In this document: one piece after another, positions 57,335 through 64,000 of the stretch
Layout of the letters: the number at the start of each line of letters is the position of its first letter
Position numbering within the stretch: position 1 is the first letter of the stretch
Source: Bacteroidota bacterium
Lineage (GTDB): Bacteria; Bacteroidota; Bacteroidia; Chitinophagales; LD1
DNA: 64,000 nucleotides
Direction: 5' to 3'
Assembly: GCA_947478005.1 (NCBI GenBank)
Contig: CANJVG010000002.1
Span: 5,463 to 69,462 of the forward strand
Made by a program: the position numbers and the translations under genes
Notes under the pieces: model-generated
What the model saw: only the letters and a program-made list of their open reading frames with translations
Database searches by the model: none
What the model was told of the DNA's origin: nothing

Positions 57335-58165
57335 TTATTTCACTAAACTGTCGAGTGATTGAATTTCTACCTTCTTCATATCATTCACTACATAGACATA
57401 GCCCAAACTTCCAAAATTGGTGGAAAGGTTAACTGTGATTTCTAAAAAATTTTTGTCGGCTTCCATCTTTAAACTTTTCACCGTGCCTATCATTATGTTG
57501 CGCGGAAACAATTGAGAGAAGCCGCTGGTTACCAGAGTGTCTCCAATCTTTACGGGCACGTGTTTCGGAATATCTTCAAGGCTGGCAGTAGTAGAATTAA
57601 TTCCATCCCAATGTAGGTTTCCAAAGAAATCATTCTTCTTGAACCGGGCACTCACTTTAAATTCTTTACTAAGCACACTCATCGCTGCCGAATAATTATC
57701 GGTTACACTTACAACCTGCCCAACAATGCCATTAGCGTTGATTACCCCCATTTGCTTTTGCACTCCTTGCAATCTACCGCGGTCAAGAAAAATGAGATTC
57801 GATGCTTCGTTTACTGAATTGCGAATAACGCGGGCGGTGATGTAAGTATACCGCTGAACATTTTTTGCAGTCGAGTCGCTGATATGGCCCGAATCAATTT
57901 TGCAGATATACTTCGAATCAAGCAATTGAGCACGCAAATAAGCATTCTCTTTCACGAGGCTATCGTTGTAATTGCGCAAATAGAAATAATCACTCACTCC
58001 CTGATACAAAGAATACACTTTTCCGCTCGCTTCATTGGCCATATTCATATACGCGACCTGATTGTAATGCTTGTTTTGATAAATCAGGTAAACGCAAAAA
58101 GTTTCGAGCGAAAGAAAAAGCAGAAGCAGATAATAGCGAAGGAAGAACTGATAGAGATTATACAT
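57335..58165 (-). CDS. mreC: rod shape-determining protein MreC
   Basis: 276 aa with an N-terminal anchor and a coiled region (ENAYLRAQL). GIVGQV and GDTLVTSG are typical of MreC. Confidence 0.85.
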   Translation of the reverse strand: MYNLYQFFLRYYLLLLFLSLETFCVYLIYQNKHYNQVAYMNMANEASGKVYSLYQGVSDYFYLRNYNDSLVKENAYLRAQLLDSKYICKIDSGHISDSTAKNVQRYTYITARVIRNSVNEASNLIFLDRGRLQGVQKQMGVINANGIVGQVVSVTDNYSAAMSVLSKEFKVSARFKKNDFFGNLHWDGINSTTASLEDIPKHVPVKIGDTLVTSGFSQLFPRNIMIGTVKSLKMEADKNFLEITVNLSTNFGSLGYVYVVNDMKKVEIQSLDSLVK

Positions 58166-58181
58166 AAACGCACAATTAGCG

Positions 58182-58248
58182 AATTAGCGGATGTGAGAAT
58201 TAAACTTGCACCAAGAAGTTCCGGACCTCATTCTCACATTCGCTAATT
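58182..58248 (-). other. 19-bp-arm hairpin in the mreB-mreC intercistronic spacer
   Basis: aattagcggatgtgagaat-N29-attctcacattcgctaatt, with one mismatch. It begins 5 nt after the mreB stop. No long U-run follows. Confidence 0.55.
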
Positions 58249-58252
58249 AGAT

Positions 58253-59281
58253 TTAGTCATCCATCAAAAAAGTAAACGTATCCATTTTCTTTAGTGCAAT
58301 ACCGGTGCCGCGTACTACAGCACGCAACGGATCTTCGGCTACGTGAACGGGCAGTTTTGTTTTCTGGCTGATACGTTTATCAAGACCGCGTAACAAGGCG
58401 CCACCTCCAGTAAGATATAAACCGGTTCTAAAAATATCAGCTGCCAACTCAGGGGGAGTGGTTTCTAAAGCTTTTAAAATCGCCTCTTCAATTTTCGAAA
58501 TGGATTTATCAATAGCGTGTGCAATTTCTGAATAAGAAACAATAATCTGCTTTGGAATACCGGTCATCAAATCTCTTCCATTCACCGGATAATCATCTGG
58601 CGGAACGTCAATATCGGTTAACGCAGAGCCTACATGTATTTTTATCATCTCGGCTGTTCTTTCGCCTATGAGCATGTTATGCTGTCTGCGCATGTAATCC
58701 ACAATGTCGAGTGTAAACTCATCCCCTGCTACGCGAATACTCTGGTCACATACAATCCCAGAAAGCGCAATCACGGCAATCTCGGTAGTTCCACCACCAA
58801 TATCAATAATCATATTCCCGTTCGGTTCTTCTACATCAATTCCGATTCCAATTGCAGCGGCCATTGGTTCGTGAATCATTTTTACATCCTGCCCGCCTGC
58901 TTGTTCTGCCGAATCTTTTACTGCACGTTTTTCTACTTCGGTAATGCCCGATGGAATACAAATAACCATTCGATAGCGTGGAGGGAAAAATGGTTTTTTA
59001 TCTCCGTAAATCATAGCTATCATTTCGCGAATCATACTTTCTGCTGCCCGGAAATCTGCTATTACACCATCCTTTAGCGGGCGTACGGTTTTAATATTTG
59101 CGTGTGTTTTTTCGTGCATCTGCATCGCCTTGGTACCTACAGCTATCACCTTATCTGTTCTGCGGTCAATCGCTACAATGGATGGTTGATCAACGACTAC
59201 TTTATCGTTATGAATTATCAAGGTATTGGCAGTGCCAAGGTCAATGGCTATTTCCTGCGTTAAAAAATTGAACAAAGCCAT
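58253..59281 (-). CDS. mreB: rod shape-determining protein MreB
   Basis: The start is taken at MALFNFLTQEIAIDLGTANTLI. Actin-fold motifs DIGGGTTE and LTGGGALL are present. Confidence 0.95.
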   Translation of the reverse strand: MALFNFLTQEIAIDLGTANTLIIHNDKVVVDQPSIVAIDRRTDKVIAVGTKAMQMHEKTHANIKTVRPLKDGVIADFRAAESMIREMIAMIYGDKKPFFPPRYRMVICIPSGITEVEKRAVKDSAEQAGGQDVKMIHEPMAAAIGIGIDVEEPNGNMIIDIGGGTTEIAVIALSGIVCDQSIRVAGDEFTLDIVDYMRRQHNMLIGERTAEMIKIHVGSALTDIDVPPDDYPVNGRDLMTGIPKQIIVSYSEIAHAIDKSISKIEEAILKALETTPPELAADIFRTGLYLTGGGALLRGLDKRISQKTKLPVHVAEDPLRAVVRGTGIALKKMDTFTFLMDD

Positions 59282-59408
59282 GCTTTGATATAGGGGTTTT
59301 GAAGAGATTTTGAATTGCGGACAAAGAAGTGAAAAACTTATTACACTTAACAAAAAGCGGGGAACAAAAATTCACAAAAGTGTAAACCAATTTTTGATGC
59401 CCAAATTC

Positions 59409-60044
59409 TCAATCTCCATTCAGGTGTTTGGCAATCGCTATTTCTGCGTTTTTCAAGTTAGCCTCTGTCACAAAAACGGCCTCTCCCACATGAACTATAA
59501 TTTCTGAAAACAAAGCAGGAATAATTTTCCTATCCCAACCGCCCAGGCGCCAGGTTCGGCTGCACGAAAAATGCAGGGACGTAACGGGCACTTGCGCATC
59601 GCGGCTCATCAAAAGCGCTCCGGGCTTTAACTCATGTACAGGACCGGCCGGACCATCGCTGGCTATTGTGGTAGAGTAACCTTGCTTTAAAAACCCAATC
59701 ACTTTTTCGAGCGCGGCCTTGCCGCTGTTTCCACTGCTGCCAAGGCAGATGTGCTCTACCCCCGTAATGCGCAGCAGCACATGCACTGGTTTCATATACC
59801 AGGCAGGGTGGTTCATCCAAACCTGCTTGGTTACCCGATTAAAAACGACAAAATGAAGCACCAGACTTTCATGCCAGATGCAATATACCACTGGAGCGTT
59901 TTGCGGTAGAGGCGCACCGGCAAATTTTATTTTGCAGCTCGCTCTCATCAGTTTCGAATAGACATAAAACAAACCTCCGAGGCTATAACCGAAAATCAGA
60001 AAGAAAGGTTTGAGGTACCAGGGAATATTATCTACGCGAAGCAT
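59409..60044 (-). CDS. DUF374-like (lysophospholipid acyltransferase-related) protein
   Basis: 211 aa. IWHESL..., GSSGNSGKAALEKVIGFLKQGYSTTIASDGPAGPVHELKPGALLMS matches the DUF374 pattern GSS..G..AL...L..G....i..DGP.GP. Confidence 0.5.
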   Translation of the reverse strand: MLRVDNIPWYLKPFFLIFGYSLGGLFYVYSKLMRASCKIKFAGAPLPQNAPVVYCIWHESLVLHFVVFNRVTKQVWMNHPAWYMKPVHVLLRITGVEHICLGSSGNSGKAALEKVIGFLKQGYSTTIASDGPAGPVHELKPGALLMSRDAQVPVTSLHFSCSRTWRLGGWDRKIIPALFSEIIVHVGEAVFVTEANLKNAEIAIAKHLNGD

Positions 60045-60098
60045 AGAATGAAAATAGGAAAGAAGCGAAGGACTTTTAGACCGGAAAGGGAGCTGTCA

Positions 60099-60554
60099 TT
60101 ATTCATCCTCGTCTCCCTCGCCTTGCACCTTTTTCAACAACTCGCCCTTGTCTGAAAAAGTAGCTTCATAGTTTTTGTTGCCCTTAAACGCGGTTATCGA
60201 ATAGGTTATTCCTTCGGGCGATTCCACTTCATAGGTTTCCTGCACCTTGTAGCCTTCAAATTCTTTTTCATAGGTGCTCTGTACTTTTTGCGGCAGGGCA
60301 CCAAAATTCAGTTGGGTTTCGGTTTCTAACCATTTGCCGCTTCTGTCAAACAGGGCGCTTTGGGGTTTCTTGCCGTTATAAAAATCTACATCAAAAGCAT
60401 TGCCTTCTTTACTCCAGCTGGGCTGCGAGCCATTGGGAAATTTTTGTTTGAAAGCATTGGCCGCTGCGGCAGGCACTTTGTCCATAGTCAGTGTCTGAGC
60501 AGGGCAATAGCTTACCGCTGCGGCAATAAACAATAGTAGAAGAAGATGTTTCAT
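60099..60554 (-). CDS. PepSY-like (DUF2874-type) periplasmic protein
   Basis: 151 aa with a signal peptide. Repeated beta-hairpin modules (VPAAAANAFKQKFPNGSQPSWSKEGNAFDVDF...; LPQKVQSTYEKEFEGYKVQETYEVESPEG). Confidence 0.55.
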   Translation of the reverse strand: MKHLLLLLFIAAAVSYCPAQTLTMDKVPAAAANAFKQKFPNGSQPSWSKEGNAFDVDFYNGKKPQSALFDRSGKWLETETQLNFGALPQKVQSTYEKEFEGYKVQETYEVESPEGITYSITAFKGNKNYEATFSDKGELLKKVQGEGDEDE

Positions 60555-60587
60555 GCCGATAAAATTAAAAACAAAAAGAAGAATAGC

Positions 60588-62135
60588 TTACTTAAAAAGT
60601 GATTGCAGCTTCATAGCCACACTCATATCGCCTTTCACTTTTATTTTGCCGCTCATAAAAGCCGTCATAGGGTTTACGCTGCCGGTCATCATGCCCAGCA
60701 AATCCTCCTGTGACACACCAATAACGCAGTCTGCTTCTTTATCTTCGGTAGAAACCAAATTGCCGGCTCCGGTGCCGTCTAAATAAATTTTGTGGTCGCC
60801 AAAATCGAATTTCAATGTTTTGCCCAATGCGGGAGCTTTAGAGGCGCTTGCTGTCAAATTTTCAAGAAGAGTTTCGAATGCCATTTTGGTTGAATTTTGA
60901 GGTTTATTAATTGTTTGTTTTGGTTGACTTGGTTGAGTATCGCTTTTAGCGTAGTTGATTGTGAGGCCTTTGTTTTCGTATTGTTTATCCTCAATAATCA
61001 TTTTGGCAATAATCTCGCGCATAATTTCTGACGAACCTCCGCCAATAGTAAGAATTCTACTGTCGCGGAACATGCGGGCCATTTTGTATTCTTCCATATA
61101 ACCGTAGCCGCCAAAACTTTGCAAACACTGATACGCTACTTTATCGCTTAGCTCGGTAGCCAACAGTTTTGCCATGCTGCTTTCTTTCACCACATACTCG
61201 CTATCGTTATGCAGGCGACAGCAGTGGTAAACAAATTGCTTGGTGCATTCAATTTCGGCAGCCAACTGTGCCATGCGGTGGCGCAATACCTGAAACTTGT
61301 TGATAGAACGGCCAAATGCCTGGCGTTCGCTCATATATTGCAGCGTATAGTCCATCGCATTTTCGCAACCGGCAATGGCGGAGATAGCACCGGTGAGACG
61401 CTCTAACTGCAAACCGCCCATTAGATAAATAAAGCCCTGGCCTTCTTCACCAATCAAATTTTCAGCAGGCACCTTTACGTTGTCGAAAAATAATTCGGCA
61501 GTATCAGAAGCATGCCAGCCGAGCTTCTTCAATTTCTTGGCACTTACTCCCGCGGCATTTCGGTCAATAATTAAAAGACTAACGCCTTCAAAGCTTTTAC
61601 TGGTAGAAGCATCTGTCTTAACAACAGCAACGATATAGTCGCCATAGACTGCGTTGGTGATAAATGTTTTTGAACCGTTTACAACATAGTGGTCGCCTTC
61701 GCGCACTGCCCTTGTTTTAATATTTTGCACATCGCTTCCGGCACCCGGCTCGGTAATGCCTATACACGAAACCAATTCTCCCTTAATTGTAGGCACCAGA
61801 TATTTTTGCTTTATCAATTCGGAAGCATGCTTGTATAAATAAGGCGTGCTCATGTATTGAATAACCAATGGCGTAACGGCAAAACCACCGCTCCATACCT
61901 TAGCTACTTCTTCGCAAAAAATTACAGAATACCAGAAATCAGCAGCTTCGCCACCATACTCAGTGCTGTAGTTGAGGCCGAGATAACCCATCTCGCCAAA
62001 CTTTTTCCAAATCTCTTTGGGTATGCGTTGTTGCTCTTCCCATTGGTCAATGTTGGGCACTACTTCGCGTTGCAAAAAATCTTTTAGCCCTTGGCGGAAG
62101 AGGTCGTGCTCTTCGGTAAAATAGTAGCTTTTCAT
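60588..62135 (-). CDS. acyl-CoA dehydrogenase fused to a C-terminal SCP2 sterol-carrier-like domain
   Basis: 515 aa. The acyl-CoA dehydrogenase core has GITEPGAGSD and QSFGGYGY..EY...R..RD.R...IGGGSSEIM. A Q/P/N-rich linker leads to ...KFDFGDHKIYLDG......VIGVSQEDLLGMMTGSVNPMTAFMSGKIKVKGDMSVAMKL. Confidence 0.8.
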   Translation of the reverse strand: MKSYYFTEEHDLFRQGLKDFLQREVVPNIDQWEEQQRIPKEIWKKFGEMGYLGLNYSTEYGGEAADFWYSVIFCEEVAKVWSGGFAVTPLVIQYMSTPYLYKHASELIKQKYLVPTIKGELVSCIGITEPGAGSDVQNIKTRAVREGDHYVVNGSKTFITNAVYGDYIVAVVKTDASTSKSFEGVSLLIIDRNAAGVSAKKLKKLGWHASDTAELFFDNVKVPAENLIGEEGQGFIYLMGGLQLERLTGAISAIAGCENAMDYTLQYMSERQAFGRSINKFQVLRHRMAQLAAEIECTKQFVYHCCRLHNDSEYVVKESSMAKLLATELSDKVAYQCLQSFGGYGYMEEYKMARMFRDSRILTIGGGSSEIMREIIAKMIIEDKQYENKGLTINYAKSDTQPSQPKQTINKPQNSTKMAFETLLENLTASASKAPALGKTLKFDFGDHKIYLDGTGAGNLVSTEDKEADCVIGVSQEDLLGMMTGSVNPMTAFMSGKIKVKGDMSVAMKLQSLFK

Positions 62136-62182
62136 TTCATGGTTGAATTAAGGGCGGCAAATATAGCGGAGGAAAGTATTCT

Positions 62183-63469
62183 TCAAACCGAATGGGCAAA
62201 GCTTATGTTCTCATTGGCCGTTACACTCAATTCAGTTTTATAGAACCAGGCGGCTGCAATGCCGGTGGTGGCAAAATAAACAGCCACTAATAAAGAGCCG
62301 AACGGAAGAAAAGTATTTAATCCAAACCAATCATCTTGGGATATGCAGAAAGCTACAATACCAATAGAAACCAGTGCCAGGCTGGCAATGCCGTATTGTT
62401 TTTTATCGAGCAAAGAAGTGAAGCCGAAAATAGCGAGTAACAAAAATATCCCGTTGATAAGCGCTTCGGTCTTTGTGATTTCGCCAAAGCGGAAAAACAA
62501 AAAGCACAGCAACAAAAAGATGACGCTTAAATAAACTATACTAAAAGCACGAAAAGCATTGCTGTAAACGGGATTGTATTTTTTCAACTCATCCATTTTG
62601 TGGATGGTAAACAGCGGATATTTTTCTAGCACATCAGCTGGCCGCCAGCCGGTAGGCATAAACCAGATGCGGAATTTATCGCCCAAATTCTGCGTATGCC
62701 AGGCATCCACAGCCAGTGTATACCAGTGCTTGAAGTTAATGATATATGGATTCCAAGTATGGGCCGGTCTGCGCATGCCATAAACGCAGGGTTCGCTAGT
62801 GAGCTCTGTCTGATAGGTGCCAAACATTCTATCCCAGACAATAAAAATTTGGCTATAGTTTTTATCCATGTAAATATCGTTCATAGCATGATGCACTCGG
62901 TGAGCAGAAGGAGTAACAATTATGTATTCGAGAAAACCGAGCCGACCGATATAGCGGGTGTGATACCAGAACTGACTGAATAAATGAATGGGTCCGACCA
63001 AGACAAGTACCTCACCAGGTATGCCAATCAGAGCCATAGGCACCAACATAATGGTATAGATGTTGGTCATTACTGCAATTTGTTGGCGAAGGGCGCAAGG
63101 AAGATTAAACTCTTCGCTGCTATGATGCACCAGATGATGGCTCCAAAAAAAATTGACGCGGTGCTGTAAACGATGCGCCCAGTACCCGGTGAAATCGAAA
63201 AATACAAACACGATAATATAAGGCCAGATACTTCCCTTGCTCCATTCCATCAAATGCAGGTGCTCTTGCATAAAGCCGTACGAAACAATAACGATGGTTA
63301 AGCCCAAAGTTGATTTCAGAATATTGGTCATGCCGGAGGTTAAACTCGATATGGTATCAATAATCGGTTGCTGCTCGTTGTACTTTATTCTTCCCCAAAT
63401 CATTTCCAGAATGATGAGCAGCAAAAAAACCGGCATGGCAATCAGGAGTATGTTTCCGTAAGCGTTCAT
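62183..63469 (-). CDS. fatty acid hydroxylase / sterol desaturase superfamily membrane protein
   Basis: 428 aa. His boxes HRLQH, HHLVHH and HRVHH, plus an extra C-terminal multi-TM region. Confidence 0.75.
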   Translation of the reverse strand: MNAYGNILLIAMPVFLLLIILEMIWGRIKYNEQQPIIDTISSLTSGMTNILKSTLGLTIVIVSYGFMQEHLHLMEWSKGSIWPYIIVFVFFDFTGYWAHRLQHRVNFFWSHHLVHHSSEEFNLPCALRQQIAVMTNIYTIMLVPMALIGIPGEVLVLVGPIHLFSQFWYHTRYIGRLGFLEYIIVTPSAHRVHHAMNDIYMDKNYSQIFIVWDRMFGTYQTELTSEPCVYGMRRPAHTWNPYIINFKHWYTLAVDAWHTQNLGDKFRIWFMPTGWRPADVLEKYPLFTIHKMDELKKYNPVYSNAFRAFSIVYLSVIFLLLCFLFFRFGEITKTEALINGIFLLLAIFGFTSLLDKKQYGIASLALVSIGIVAFCISQDDWFGLNTFLPFGSLLVAVYFATTGIAAAWFYKTELSVTANENISFAHSV

Positions 63470-63550
63470 GGCTTTATAGTTTGTACTGTAATTATCGGAA
63501 ATTTTCTGTGACTAAGGGCAGCGGTTGTTTCTGTAAAGATAAGATCGTCT

Positions 63551-64000
63551 TTATTGCACTACCAGTTTTTTGTGCGTGTTATTGCCCGCTTTATCGTTTA
63601 GTTCTACTCGGTAAAAACCAGCCATCAGATTATGGATGTCAATGGTTTCGGAATCTTCTATAAGTGTCTTTTGCAAAACAAGCCGACCGTTCATATCAAA
63701 AATTGAGAGGTTAAATTCGCCTTGCTCTTTCATGATTTTTAACTGTGATGAGGCTGGGTTGGGAAACATGCGAAACGTAATAGCTTCAGTCTTTTCTATG
63801 CCGGTTGAACAAGCTGAGCGTTTACCAAGCAGATATAAAGCAGCCGATGTAATTGCCGGCTCTACACAACCACCATGAGTTAAAGCACCGAAGTTCTGTA
63901 TCTGTATGTTCGGAGCACCATTAGCTCTCCATGCCGAGTCGGCACGAACGGCATTGAGGTAATTTACCTGCTCATCGTTGGTGCAGTAATGAATCTTTAC
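63551..64000 (-). CDS. T9SS type A cargo protein (5' partial, runs off the window)
   Basis: By manual codon walk, the frame stays open from 63769 to nt 64000. C-terminus FPNPASSQLKI....FNLSIFDMNGRLV.....IDI..L.AGFYRVEL. Confidence 0.7.
   Translation of the reverse strand, partial: VKIHYCTNDEQVNYLNAVRADSAWRANGAPNIQIQNFGALTHGGCVEPAITSAALYLLGKRSACSTGIEKTEAITFRMFPNPASSQLKIMKEQGEFNLSIFDMNGRLVLQKTLIEDSETIDIHNLMAGFYRVELNDKAGNNTHKKLVVQ

Overview
This is a chromosomal segment of a Bacteroidota-type genome. The assignment rests on T9SS type A and type B C-terminal sorting domains, SprB-type repeats, a FISUMP domain and the coaX-OMP-lptC gene order. Recognisable housekeeping genes are coaX, lptC, queA, fahA, recA, purH, purN, asnB-like, the mreB-mreC-mreD-mrdA-rodA operon, an amidase, an M42 and an M23 peptidase, and an acyl-CoA dehydrogenase. 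At least five T9SS cargo genes are present, including a 2460-aa protein built from three ~2.09-kb tandem modules. No rRNA, tRNA, CRISPR array, transposase or integrase was seen. The most unusual signal lies in four small accessory islands (about 5.7-7.5 kb, 17.9-19.1 kb, 40.0-43.8 kb and 52.2-53.5 kb). Each island holds a roughly 210-bp array of head-to-tail 21-bp units, about 10 per array. Each array has its own consensus, and each lies 5' of an orphan hypothetical gene or two-gene operon on the same strand. The same islands also contain two copies of a ~65-nt element with interlocking stems supported by compensatory substitutions, an (AC)18 microsatellite, two genes with stop codons exactly where paralogs or family members have Trp, and a 558-bp-spaced direct repeat around GC-rich palindromic noncoding DNA. 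Functions for these elements are inference only; no database search could be run.
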